From an uncultured delta proteobacterium (lineage in GTDB: Bacteria > Desulfobacterota > RBG-13-43-22): 64,000 nucleotides of DNA. The stretch is taken from NCBI GenBank assembly GCA_963743305.1, contig CAVUPH010000007.1:237552-301551 (forward strand). The letters run 5' to 3'. The notes below the pieces were generated by a model. That model was not told where the DNA came from. It saw only the letters and a program-made list of their open reading frames with translations, and made no database searches. Made by a program: the position numbers and the translations under genes. Below, in pieces: positions 32,480 through 41,575 of the stretch; the stretch's first letter is position 1, and every line of letters begins with the position of its first letter.

Positions 32480-34903
32480 ATGAAAGTCACCATAAACTGG
32501 TTAAACGAATATGTGGATCTGAGCGGCCTTTCCGCCCCGGAAATCGCCGAGGCTTTGACCATGGCGGGGCTGGAAGTGGAAGTCGTCCAACCTTTGGGAC
32601 GAGAGTTGGAGTCCATCGTGGCGGGTCGGGTCCTATCCGTGGAAAAACACCCGGAGGCGGATAAACTGGTGCTCTGCCAGGTAGACGCCGGCCAGGGACC
32701 GGTGACCATCGTTTGCGGGGCCCCCAATGTCCGCGCCGGGATAACGGTCCCGGTGGCTATCCCGGGGGTCACCACCCCCGGCGGCCAAAAGATCCAGGTC
32801 GCCACCATCCGGAAGCGAACGTCATACGGCATGCTCTGTTCCGAGCGCGAATTGGGACTTTCGGAGGATCACACCGGAATAATGATTCTGCCCGAAGGGA
32901 TAGCTCCGGGCGAGCCGCTGAGCCGGATCTTAGGTCTGGAAGATACCCTCCTGGAAGTCAATATTACCCCCAATCGGGGGGATTGCCTCAGTCACCTGGG
33001 CATTGCCCGGGAACTCGCGGCGATCTATGATCGTCCCCTTCGGCCGCCGGCCGTATCCCTGGAGCGGGAGGGGCTGGAGATTCAGGGAAAAACCTCGGTC
33101 ACCCTCCTGGAACCCGAACATTGTCCCCGGTACGCGGCCCGGCTTATTCTGGGGGTGACGGTCGGTCCTTCGCCCCGCTGGTTGCGGCAGCGGCTGGAAT
33201 CCGTGGGCCTGCGCAGCATCAGCAATATCGTCGATATCACTAACTTTGTACTGCTCGAAAGCGGTCAGCCGCTGCATGCCTTCGATTATGACCTCCTGGC
33301 GGAAAACCGCATTGTAGTGCGGACGGCACAGCCTAACGAGCCTTTTACCACCTTAGACGGTGTCCCCCGAATCCTTTCTTCCGACATGCTGGTAATTGCC
33401 GACGGACAAAAAGCGGTGGCCCTGGCCGGTATCATGGGAGGGTTGGATTCGGAAATCACGAACGAAACGCGAAACGTCCTGCTGGAAAGTGCTTTTTTCA
33501 ACCCGGTTTCCATTCGACGAACCGCTAAAAAATTGGGTTTGTCCACCGAGGCCTCGGTTCGTTTTGAACGGGGTGTGGACATTGAGGGGGTCCTTTCGGC
33601 GGCCGATCGGGCGGCCCAATTGATGGGGGAATTAGGCGGCGGTGCGATAGTTCCCGGAGTGCTGGACCAATATCCCCGGCCCGCGTCCAGCCCGCCCATC
33701 ACCCTGGATGTGGATCAGGCCGGACGGTTTCTGGGGATAGAAATCACTACGGAGCAGGCCCTGGATATCGGTCGCCGCCTGGGATTGCCCATGGTCCGGA
33801 AAGAGCGGGACCGGATCGAGGTGCGGCCTCCCGCCTTTCGGCCGGACTTGAGCCGTCCGGTGGACCTGATGGAAGAGCTGGCCCGACTGATCGGTTACGA
33901 TCGAATTCCCATCACCTACCCCCGGGGGGCCTCCACCGCCGCCAAAGAACCGCCGACTCTTTCCTTGCGGCGCCGGATCGAGGAAATCCTGACCGGCCTG
34001 GGGTTCGACCAGATTATCACCTACAGTTTCATTGCTGAAAAATGGGCGGCTTTCTTTTCCCCCTCGGCCGCCGCCCCGAGGAATCCCCCTTATCTCGCCC
34101 TGAGCAACCCCCTGTCGGAAGACCAGGCAGTCATGCGAACCTCCCTGCTGCCCGGCTTACTGTCTACCCTGAAAAGAAACCTGGACCAGCGCAACCTGAA
34201 CTTACGGATTTTTGAGGTGGGCAAAGTTTTCTATCCCGCTGCGGAATCCGAACAACTCCCGCGGGAAAATACCCGTCTGGGGGTATTATGGTCCGGAAAG
34301 CGGTCCCCGGAATCGTTTCATCGAAAAGGGGACTTAGCGGATTTTTACGATCTCAAGGGAGTAGTCGAAAGTCTTTTCGAATCGCTTCAGGTCCAGGGTG
34401 CGACTCTAATTCCGGTCCAAAATCGGCCCGGGTATCGGCCGGAGCAAGCGGTCCGTATCGATTCACCCGCCGGACTATTGGGGGAAATGGGGGAGATCGC
34501 TCCGGCGGTCCGGGACCTTTTTGGATTCCGGGAAGGTGCCTATGTGCTGGATCTGGACCTGGATCAATGCGCTCGGGTCATTCAGGAAACGCCGACCTTT
34601 AAACCCTGGCCCCGCTATCCGGAAATAGCCCGAGACATTGCCCTGATTCTGGATGAGCCGATCACCTGGAAGGCCATTCAGGATGAAATCCATTCCTTGA
34701 ACCAACCCTTGATTGAAGCCCTTGAACTGTTCGATCTGTATCGGGGAAAGCCCATTCCGGCGGGAAAAAAGAACCTGGGCATCCGTCTCCACTACCGTTC
34801 CGCCGAGCAGACTCTGACGGATGAACTAGTTTCCCCCTTGCACCAGCAGGTGGTGGAGCATATAATGCATAAATTCCAGGCCTCCCTGCCGGGAACGAAG
34901 TAG
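32480..34903 (+). CDS. pheT: Phenylalanyl-tRNA synthetase beta subunit
   Basis: IVCGAPN, SYGMLCS, TPNRGDCLS, RFERGVD, FDX-ACB C-terminus. Confidence 0.98.
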   Translation: MKVTINWLNEYVDLSGLSAPEIAEALTMAGLEVEVVQPLGRELESIVAGRVLSVEKHPEADKLVLCQVDAGQGPVTIVCGAPNVRAGITVPVAIPGVTTPGGQKIQVATIRKRTSYGMLCSERELGLSEDHTGIMILPEGIAPGEPLSRILGLEDTLLEVNITPNRGDCLSHLGIARELAAIYDRPLRPPAVSLEREGLEIQGKTSVTLLEPEHCPRYAARLILGVTVGPSPRWLRQRLESVGLRSISNIVDITNFVLLESGQPLHAFDYDLLAENRIVVRTAQPNEPFTTLDGVPRILSSDMLVIADGQKAVALAGIMGGLDSEITNETRNVLLESAFFNPVSIRRTAKKLGLSTEASVRFERGVDIEGVLSAADRAAQLMGELGGGAIVPGVLDQYPRPASSPPITLDVDQAGRFLGIEITTEQALDIGRRLGLPMVRKERDRIEVRPPAFRPDLSRPVDLMEELARLIGYDRIPITYPRGASTAAKEPPTLSLRRRIEEILTGLGFDQIITYSFIAEKWAAFFSPSAAAPRNPPYLALSNPLSEDQAVMRTSLLPGLLSTLKRNLDQRNLNLRIFEVGKVFYPAAESEQLPRENTRLGVLWSGKRSPESFHRKGDLADFYDLKGVVESLFESLQVQGATLIPVQNRPGYRPEQAVRIDSPAGLLGEMGEIAPAVRDLFGFREGAYVLDLDLDQCARVIQETPTFKPWPRYPEIARDIALILDEPITWKAIQDEIHSLNQPLIEALELFDLYRGKPIPAGKKNLGIRLHYRSAEQTLTDELVSPLHQQVVEHIMHKFQASLPGTK

Positions 34904-34910
34904 AGGCGTT

Positions 34911-35066
34911 TATTGGGTTTGTTTCGTTCTTTTCGTTTGTTTAGTTGATTTCCCTGGAGAAGTCTACCCGATTGGGACTATTATTATGCCGGTTACCGGC
35001 AAGGGGTTTTGTTCTTTTAACGAAACAAACCAAACAAACCAAAAGAACGAAATAAACGAAACCAAC
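34911..35066. repeat. Inverted nonamer-array element
   Basis: Left GGTTTGTTT CGTTCTTTT CGTTTGTTT; right AACGAAACA AACCAAACA AACCAAAAG AACGAAATA AACGAAACC. Confidence 0.75.
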
Positions 35067-35069
35067 GTT

Positions 35070-35444
35070 ATGGACTCCGTGATCATTCCCAATAAGCAGT
35101 ATTTTAAAATCGGTGAGGTCAGCTCTCTGACCCAGCTTGAGACTTATGTCCTCCGGTATTGGGAAACGGAATTCAAGAGCATTCGGCCGGTGCGCATGGG
35201 TTCCAACCAGCGGCTCTACCGCCGCAAGGATGTGGAAACCATCCTGGAAATCAAAAAACTCCTTTACCAGGAGGGGTTTACCATTGCCGGGGCCAAGAAA
35301 AAGATCGTCCAGAACCATAAAGCGGAAAAGGAAACCCCGCTCGCCAAAGAAGAACCGCCGGTCCCCTCTTCCGAGCCACTGAGAAACCTGCTCCGAGAGG
35401 TCCGGAAAGAGCTGACGGAAATCCGGCAGGTCCTCTCCAGATAA
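35070..35444 (+). CDS. MerR-family HTH regulator (pheT/ihfA-associated type)
   Basis: IPNKQYFKIGEVS..YVLRYWETEF..RLYRRKD..GFTIAGAK. The ORF-track N-terminal extension is repeat-derived. Confidence 0.9.
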   Translation: MDSVIIPNKQYFKIGEVSSLTQLETYVLRYWETEFKSIRPVRMGSNQRLYRRKDVETILEIKKLLYQEGFTIAGAKKKIVQNHKAEKETPLAKEEPPVPSSEPLRNLLREVRKELTEIRQVLSR

Positions 35445-35506
35445 ATTCTTTCAGGTGCACTCCCAGTAAAACCCGGGAGCTCACCTGAAAGAATTTATAT
35501 CTCCAG
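35433..35506. mobile_element. 58-bp MITE-like hairpin with flanking direct repeat
   Basis: Perfect 17-bp IR ATAAATTCTTTCAGGTG (35441-35457) / CACCTGAAAGAATTTAT (35482-35498); TCTCCAG on both sides. Confidence 0.6.
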
Positions 35507-35577
35507 CAAGAATCTCCAAATGAACGCCGTCACGCCCCCCAAAGATCCTTCTCCCCTATGACCCGTTAAAAACCCAG

Positions 35578-37242
35578 ATGCAGGCCTTTCCCCATCAGGC
35601 GGGCGTCTATCTCATGCGGGATAGTTCCGGGAAGGTTCTGTATGTGGGGAAGGCCAAAGATCTCAGGAAAAGAGTACTGTCCTATTTGAAGGCCTCGGGG
35701 ATCAAGACCATAAAGCTGCTGGACCGGGCGGAGACGATTGAATGCATTCTGACGGATAATGAAAAAGAAGCCCTGATTCTGGAAAGCAACCTGATCAAGA
35801 AGTACCGGCCCCGGTATAACGTGGATCTCCGGGATGACAAACGCTACCCCTGCCTGCGTTTGGACCCGCAAGAAACCTTTCCTCGGCTCCAGGTGGTGCG
35901 TAAAATCCGAAACGACGGGGCCGTCTATTTAGGGCCTTTTTCCGCCGCGGGGAAGATGCGCGCCACGCTTTTTATGATCCAGCAGGTCTTCCCGCTCCGC
36001 CAATGCCGGCAGAAGGAGCTGCCCCGCCGCTCCCGGCCTTGCCTCTATTACCAGACCGGACGGTGCCCCGGCCCTTGCCGGGATAAGATTTCCAGCGAAG
36101 AATATGGCCGTCGGGTGGATGGTATTATCCAGTTCTTCCAGGGCCATAATTCGAACCTGACCCGGGATTTAAAACAACGCATGCAGGAGGCTGCGGACGC
36201 CTTTCGGTTTGAAGAGGCGGCTATCCTGCGGGATCAAATCCGGGCGATTTCAGAGACCTTGAAGGAACAGCATGTGGTTTCCTCGCGCCTGGAACAGGCT
36301 GATGTGCTGGCCTTGGTCGAGTCCGCCGAGGCGATTGCCGCCGTTATTCTGTTCATTCGTTTTGGATCGGTGGCCGGGATGGCCCGATTTCTGTTTCGGG
36401 ACCCCTCCCAACCGCTGGAGGAGGTTTTGGCCGATCTGATTACCCAGTATTACCGGAAGGATCGTTACCTGCCCCCGAGGATTTTTGTTCCTTTTCCTTT
36501 TGAAGACCGGTTGCTGCTGGAAGAGATCCTTTCCGAACAAAAAGGGGAGCTAGTGAAACTGGTGGTTCCTCGGCGCGGTGAGGCCCGACATTGGCTGGAG
36601 ATGGCCGAAGAGAATGCCCGCGTCGCCCTCAAAGGAAAAGAGGCCGACCGGAATTTTCAGGAGACCATTGCCACCCCGCTTCAGGAAAGGCTAGAGCTAA
36701 AAAAGCACCCGGTCCGGGTGGGGGCTTTGGATATTTCCAATCTCCAGGGCCGTCAGGCTGTGGGCTCCTGGGTGGTTTTTAACCAGGGACTGCCGGAAAA
36801 ATCCAGATATCGCCGGTTTCGAATCCGAACAGTGGAACAGCCCAATGACTATGCCATGATGGCCGAGGTGATCGGCCGTCTGATCCGGCACCCCGAGGAA
36901 ATCCCCGATCTGATACTCATCGATGGCGGGAAAGGGCAGTTAAATATTTTAAAGGAAATTTTTGACTCTCTGCCGGAGAAACAGCGGCCGGACCTCGCGG
37001 CGATCGCTAAAAAAACCTTTCTCGCTTCAGGGGGGAAAGACGGGATTTATCTGCCTGGACGCAAGAACCCGTTGAATCTGCGGTCCGATTCCCCGGTGCT
37101 TCATTTTTTACAGCGGGTCCGGGATGAGGCCCACCGGTTCGCCCTGAGCTACCACCACTTGCTGCGGAGGAAGGAGATCCGCCAAGAGCAGGGCGCTGAG
37201 CGCGTAGCGCGTAGCGCGGAGTGCAAGGCGCAAGGCACCTGA
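35578..37242 (+). CDS. uvrC: Excinuclease ABC subunit C, lacking the C-terminal HhH domain
   Basis: GVY..LYVGKAKDLRKRV GIY-YIG, UVR, DISN, DLILIDGGKGQL, RDEAHRFA. True start may be ATG 35520 across a C-run indel. Confidence 0.93.
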   Translation: MQAFPHQAGVYLMRDSSGKVLYVGKAKDLRKRVLSYLKASGIKTIKLLDRAETIECILTDNEKEALILESNLIKKYRPRYNVDLRDDKRYPCLRLDPQETFPRLQVVRKIRNDGAVYLGPFSAAGKMRATLFMIQQVFPLRQCRQKELPRRSRPCLYYQTGRCPGPCRDKISSEEYGRRVDGIIQFFQGHNSNLTRDLKQRMQEAADAFRFEEAAILRDQIRAISETLKEQHVVSSRLEQADVLALVESAEAIAAVILFIRFGSVAGMARFLFRDPSQPLEEVLADLITQYYRKDRYLPPRIFVPFPFEDRLLLEEILSEQKGELVKLVVPRRGEARHWLEMAEENARVALKGKEADRNFQETIATPLQERLELKKHPVRVGALDISNLQGRQAVGSWVVFNQGLPEKSRYRRFRIRTVEQPNDYAMMAEVIGRLIRHPEEIPDLILIDGGKGQLNILKEIFDSLPEKQRPDLAAIAKKTFLASGGKDGIYLPGRKNPLNLRSDSPVLHFLQRVRDEAHRFALSYHHLLRRKEIRQEQGAERVARSAECKAQGT

Positions 37243-37356
37243 ACTGGGGTGGAGGTTTCAGGATTTTGCTCATCCCCCAACCAAGGGGCGCACACCTGTC
37301 AGCCCGTGGTTCCAAGGGTTTTCTGTTTTTCCGCTCTGCGCTCCGCGCTTCGCGCC
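37186..37356. repeat. Inverted heptamer-array element overlapping the uvrC 3' end
   Basis: GGGCGCT GAGCGCG TAGCGCG TAGCGCG GAGTGCA AGGCGCA ... CGCTCTG CGCTCCG CGCTTCG CGCC. Confidence 0.75.
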
Positions 37357-37442
37357 AGACGTTTTTAATTGCAAATTCACCCGCACCTTATTATGATAAT
37401 CTGTTTTTTTATTGATTCGATTTAAAGAGGCGGAGGCAGCGC

Positions 37443-37913
37443 ATGTTTGGCATCGGCATGCCGGAATTTCTTCTCATTCTGGTGGTCGCCCTGGTGGTGT
37501 TGGGTCCCAAGAGACTCCCGGAACTGGCCCGTTCTCTAGGCCGAGGGCTGGCGGAATTGAAGAAAACCACCGGAGATCTGAAGCAGAATATCGATCTGGG
37601 GGAAGACCTGAATAAAGTCCAGCAAGACCTTCAGGAAGTCAAGAGTCACCTCTCAGGGGTCATCCAGACGAATTTTCTGGAAGACCCGATTCCGAAATAC
37701 CTGGGGGATAGCGAACCCCAATCCGAAGAGGAACTCGAACCGACTGCCGATGCCTTTTCAGGGGGTCCGGTGGCGGCGGCGTCCTCCGCGACCACGGAAC
37801 AAGGACCGCTGGTCACCAGCGAGGCGGAGGATATCCGCCGGGAACTGGAAGAAATGGCTGATCGAACCTACCGGGAAGACCACCCCTATTCCGGGAAATC
37901 CTTCTTGTTATAA
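37443..37913 (+). CDS. tatB: Twin-arginine translocase TatA/TatB-family subunit
   Basis: MFGIGMPE..VVLGPKRLPELARSLG; long acidic tail; abuts tatC. Confidence 0.8.
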   Translation: MFGIGMPEFLLILVVALVVLGPKRLPELARSLGRGLAELKKTTGDLKQNIDLGEDLNKVQQDLQEVKSHLSGVIQTNFLEDPIPKYLGDSEPQSEEELEPTADAFSGGPVAAASSATTEQGPLVTSEAEDIRRELEEMADRTYREDHPYSGKSFLL

Positions 37914-38665
37914 TGACCGATAAGAATGAAAAATCCATGCCCTTCATGTCTCACCTGGGAGAGCTGCGTAATCGGTTGATCGTCTCCTTTGTGGCCGTGG
38001 GTATTGGGTTTGCCGTGGCCTACGCTTTTTCCAACGAACTCTTCGAGTGGCTGGTCCGCCCTATGGTCAAAGTCCTCCCGCCCGGGGACAAGCTGGTCTT
38101 TACGGCGCTGCCCGAGGCCTTTTTTATCTACCTGAAAGTGAGCCTCATCGCCGGGATCGTCCTGGCTTCACCGGTGATATTTTTTGAACTCTGGATGTTC
38201 GTGGCTCCGGGGCTCCATCAGAAGGAAAAACGGTTTGTCTTGCCCTTCGTCCTCATCTCCTCCGGGCTTTTCGCCGGGGGAGCGCTATTCGGTTATTACG
38301 TGGTCTTTCCGGTGGGCTTCAAGTTCCTGGCCGGTTTCGCCACGGAAAATATCAAGGCCCTGCCTTCCATCCAACTGTACCTCAATTTCTGCCTCAAGCT
38401 GCTCCTGGGTTTTGGTCTGGTTTTCGAGTTCCCGGTACTGGCATTCTTTTTAGCCAAGGCCGGAATCCTCAATGCCAAAATGATGGCCAACAACCGCCGG
38501 GTGGCCATCCTGCTGATTTTCGTGGTGGCCGCCGTCGTCACCCCCCCCGATGTGGTCTCCCAGATCCTCTTGTCCATCCCCCTCTACGGGCTCTACGAAG
38601 TCAGCATCCTGATCGTCCGCTTGATCGATCGGAAAAGAGCGAAGGCGCTCAGGGAACAAAGTTGA
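37913..38665 (+). CDS. tatC: Twin-arginine translocase TatC
   Basis: HLGELRNRL, FVAPGLH..EK, FEFP, TPPD..SQ, LYEVS. Confidence 0.97.
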   Translation: MTDKNEKSMPFMSHLGELRNRLIVSFVAVGIGFAVAYAFSNELFEWLVRPMVKVLPPGDKLVFTALPEAFFIYLKVSLIAGIVLASPVIFFELWMFVAPGLHQKEKRFVLPFVLISSGLFAGGALFGYYVVFPVGFKFLAGFATENIKALPSIQLYLNFCLKLLLGFGLVFEFPVLAFFLAKAGILNAKMMANNRRVAILLIFVVAAVVTPPDVVSQILLSIPLYGLYEVSILIVRLIDRKRAKALREQS

Positions 38666-39019
38666 TTCTCCCCTGAAAAAACCATTCAAGGCAAGGCAAG
38701 CCCTTACCCTCGAGCTCTGAGTACTAGGCTCAACGCCCAAAGAGCAGGAGGTTCCCCTAAAAGAATGGATGTCGGGTGCACCGTGATCAAGCCTGTTTCA
38801 TAGGACTTTTAATTGCAATACTAGTTGACAGTAAAGCCGACCAAACCTTAAATCAGGGAAAATGACCATTTATAGAGCGGGAGATCTGTTATGCTTGTCT
38901 ATGGAACAAAGCGGTAAAAATCTCTTCCAAAGGGCAACGATCACTCTTCCCGGCAGTGAGTCCGGGAGACGAACAGTGCGATATCGTGCGAATCGTTAGC
39001 GTTCAGATCGAAGCTTGAT

Positions 39020-39443
39020 CTACCATGGAAGGTGCGAATCATTCTCCCGGGCAGCCTGGGCCAATCTCTGGTCAAAACAGGCGAAAAGGAAATCTTAGGG
39101 AGGCTATCCCGGGTTAAAACGGCCGAGGCCAAATGGATGGCATCAAAACCCCTAAGGGGATAACTTTCTACAACTCTGAGGACTATTTCATTCAATTCGT
39201 CGGTCACTTCGACTCGGAAGAAACTTTTCCAGTCCAGAAAAAAGGTCTCCACGACCCGTTGGATTACCTCAACCTCAAGGGCCGACTCTCTTTTTTTGCG
39301 AAAAATAGAAGCCACGGTTTCCGCGTAGGCACAGAGGAGGTGACGATTATCTCGGCCTGGATCCACCTGGAAAGAAGTTCGTTCGATTGCTGTTCCAAAA
39401 AATACCTTTTCACCAGGGCGCTCGTATCCAGGTAGAGGATCAT
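39020..39443 (-). pseudogene. VapC (PIN) toxin with at least two frameshifts
   Basis: MILYLDTSALVKRY from ATG 39443, then AYAET..LRGFDAIHLASA, then FACFDQRLAQAA in different frames. Confidence 0.8.
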
Positions 39444-39718
39444 CGGCGATCCTCAATGACCATTTCAGAAACCGGTTTTCCAGGGACCGCCAGCGGGCTT
39501 AAGTCCGTGCTGATCAGATCCCGGGTTGGAAGGGAAATCAACCCTCGACTGATCAGCGGTTCCATGGCGGTGCGGATAGATTGCTTCCTCGTCCCTTCCT
39601 TGATAATCCGGGCCACCACTTTGCCATGTTCGGTGATTACCACGTCTTCACCCGCTTTTACCAGGGCAAGATAGCGACTCAAATTGTTTTTGGTATCTTT
39701 GATTCCGGCTGTGATCAT
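39440..39718 (-). CDS. Phd/YefM-family antitoxin
   Basis: GIKDTKNNLSRYLALVKAGEDVVITEHGKVVARI; AAGGAG SD; 4-bp overlap with vapC. Confidence 0.9.
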   Translation of the reverse strand: MITAGIKDTKNNLSRYLALVKAGEDVVITEHGKVVARIIKEGTRKQSIRTAMEPLISRGLISLPTRDLISTDLSPLAVPGKPVSEMVIEDRR

Positions 39719-39743
39719 TGGGGGCACTCCTTATCATGGAAGG

Positions 39744-39773
39744 GCTACTTTTATTTAATTGTAGCTACTTTTA
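39744..39773. promoter_or_regulatory. Putative TA autoregulatory operator
   Basis: GCTACTTTTA repeated twice and a GTAGCTAC palindrome upstream of the antitoxin. Confidence 0.4.
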
Positions 39774-39895
39774 AGGTGGGTGTCAAGGAATAAAGAGTAC
39801 TAAATCAGTCGCGGCTACCGCCTGACTTTCCGTTTTTAGGATCGGATTCTCGAACTCCGCCGGGTTGGAACCCATGACCTTTTGAAGCCGCGGGT

Positions 39896-40249
39896 CTATT
39901 CACAATCTTCCGCTTCCAAGTCGAGGATCAAAGCCAGGGATTTTTTTATTTGAGTCATTTCCAGCGGGGTGACCGAACCCAACCGCTCCAAGACCCTCTG
40001 GTGGCTGACGGCCCGGATTTGAAAACAGTCGACAGCCGATCTCTTTTTCAGCCCGTTTTGTCTGGACGGGTCCAGGCGGATAAAAAATGGGTTGCTCTCC
40101 CAAGAAGCAGTCCAGTTGGTCAGGGGGACGACGATGGCCAGGCGCAGGTGTTTCTCGTGGCCGTTGTTTAAAATCACTACCGGGCGCTTTTTCCTGATCT
40201 CCTCTCCCAGGGTCGGGTCCAGGTTGACCCAAACAATATCACCGATCAT
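39896..40249 (-). CDS. PemK/MazF-family toxin
   Basis: GDIVWVNLDPTLGEEIRKKRPVVI..VVPLT..DCFQIRAVS. Confidence 0.9.
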   Translation of the reverse strand: MIGDIVWVNLDPTLGEEIRKKRPVVILNNGHEKHLRLAIVVPLTNWTASWESNPFFIRLDPSRQNGLKKRSAVDCFQIRAVSHQRVLERLGSVTPLEMTQIKKSLALILDLEAEDCE

Positions 40250-40478
40250 CAAAGTCTTCTCCCTCGATACCCTCAAAAAGGTTTTCATAAACCTCCCGGC
40301 CGATCTGTTCCATGGCGATCGATCGTTTTAAGGCCTTCAGCTTTTTTCGGTCTTCGCGCACTTTGTCCTGAATCGCTTCCCTCATATAGTGACTGAGACT
40401 TCTATAGGAGAGGGTCTTATAGGCTTTCTTGATGAATTCAAAGTCTTTTTCTTCGATTTGGATTTTATTCTGGATCAT
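40239..40478 (-). CDS. Putative antitoxin (possibly RHH-like) of the MazF toxin
   Basis: Small ORF overlapping the toxin start; SLSHYMREAI helix; acidic C-terminus. Confidence 0.65.
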   Translation of the reverse strand: MIQNKIQIEEKDFEFIKKAYKTLSYRSLSHYMREAIQDKVREDRKKLKALKRSIAMEQIGREVYENLFEGIEGEDFDDR

Positions 40479-40607
40479 AAATGTACCCCTTCTACTTAGT
40501 ACCAAAAGTTTACCCTAAAAAAATAGCCCCTTTCAAGGGAAATGTATATCCGCCCAAAAAAACAAGAAAGTTGACTCTTTTCAACCGTTTTAATAAAGTT
40601 GTTTTCT

Positions 40608-40916
40608 ATGGGCCTGACACATGAACAAATAGAAGAAAGAAGCATCGTCCTCCACCGGGTGATCGCTCAGCGGATCAATGAGAATCCCGCGCTTTTGGAT
40701 TTGGCCCGTCACAATCTCCGGCGCTGGATCGATCAACAGGGGGAACGCCTCTATTGGACCGAATGGGAAAAAATTCTGGAGGATCCAATGGAGGAAATTC
40801 TCGCTTTTATGGTTTCACCAACGGAGAGAGCCCGCCGGCTGCGCCAGTCCAGCCCATTCTGCGGTATCCTGACCCCGAGGGAAAGGTGGAAAATTTATGA
40901 ATCGTTTACAGCTTGA
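40608..40916 (+). CDS. Hypothetical helical protein, putative antitoxin
   Basis: RS..LHR.IA..P..L..AR.NL.RW..EW..L..ARRLRQSSPF.GIL pattern; overlaps the next gene by 20 bp. Confidence 0.7.
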   Translation: MGLTHEQIEERSIVLHRVIAQRINENPALLDLARHNLRRWIDQQGERLYWTEWEKILEDPMEEILAFMVSPTERARRLRQSSPFCGILTPRERWKIYESFTA

Positions 40917-41433
40917 GCATATCATCCGCGCCGCAGGCGATATTGCCGGGGATGATGAGATCGTCATCCTGGGCAGTACGGCTGTTTTATCTCAGTTCCC
41001 GGAGGTGCCGGAGAAAATAATTCATTCCATCGAGGCGGACATCTTTCCCAGGAACAAACCGGAAATGGCCTCCGTCATTGACGGCTGCATCGGGGAACTT
41101 TCCCCGTTTCATCAAACCTACGGCTACTATGCCCACGGGGTCGGCCCGGAAACGGCCCGAAATCTCCCCAGGGGTTGGGACCAGCGGCTGATCCCTATCC
41201 GCAATGAAAACACCAGAGGGATCACCGGCTGGGGGCTAGAGATCCATGACCTGGTTCTGGGGAAGTATGCCTCCGGCCGGGAAAAGGATTTTGGGTTCAA
41301 CGCCCAGGTGATAGCGCTGGAATTGGTTTCTGAGGAAAGCCTGATGGAGCGGGTGGGGTGTCTGGAAGTGCCTGAAGCCATAAAGGATCAGATCCGGCTG
41401 AAAATCAAAGCCGATTTTTCACTTCTTCAGTAA
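40897..41433 (+). CDS. DUF6036-like nucleotidyltransferase
   Basis: ILGS and EAD motifs, LPRGW..R, DL.LGK..SGREKD. Confidence 0.65.
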   Translation: MNRLQLEHIIRAAGDIAGDDEIVILGSTAVLSQFPEVPEKIIHSIEADIFPRNKPEMASVIDGCIGELSPFHQTYGYYAHGVGPETARNLPRGWDQRLIPIRNENTRGITGWGLEIHDLVLGKYASGREKDFGFNAQVIALELVSEESLMERVGCLEVPEAIKDQIRLKIKADFSLLQ

Positions 41434-41509
41434 GTTGCTGAAAAAAAGGAAGGGCTTTGATAGTGGAGAACCCGGAGTTCGACCGTAGATATTAGAAAAG
41501 AATTGCAGT

Positions 41510-41559
41510 AAAAACCAAAGAGGGCCGCCCGGATTTCCGGGCGGCCCTCTTTGGTTTTT
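41510..41559. terminator. Bidirectional intrinsic terminator downstream of dnaK
   Basis: AAAAACCAAAGAGGGCCGCCCGG-attt-CCGGGCGGCCCTCTTTGGTTTTT. Confidence 0.9.
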
Positions 41560-41575
41560 ATCTGAAAGTTCAGAC

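Noticed and set aside
39855-39885. tRNA fragment (AGGTCATGGGTTCCAACCC on the minus strand)
   Set aside because: T-loop and stem are non-canonical and no cloverleaf can be built.
41461-41490. tRNA/tmRNA 3'-end att remnant (GTCGAAC..CTCCACTA on the minus strand)
   Set aside because: The T-stem does not pair, there is no CCA, and no integrase or second copy is present.
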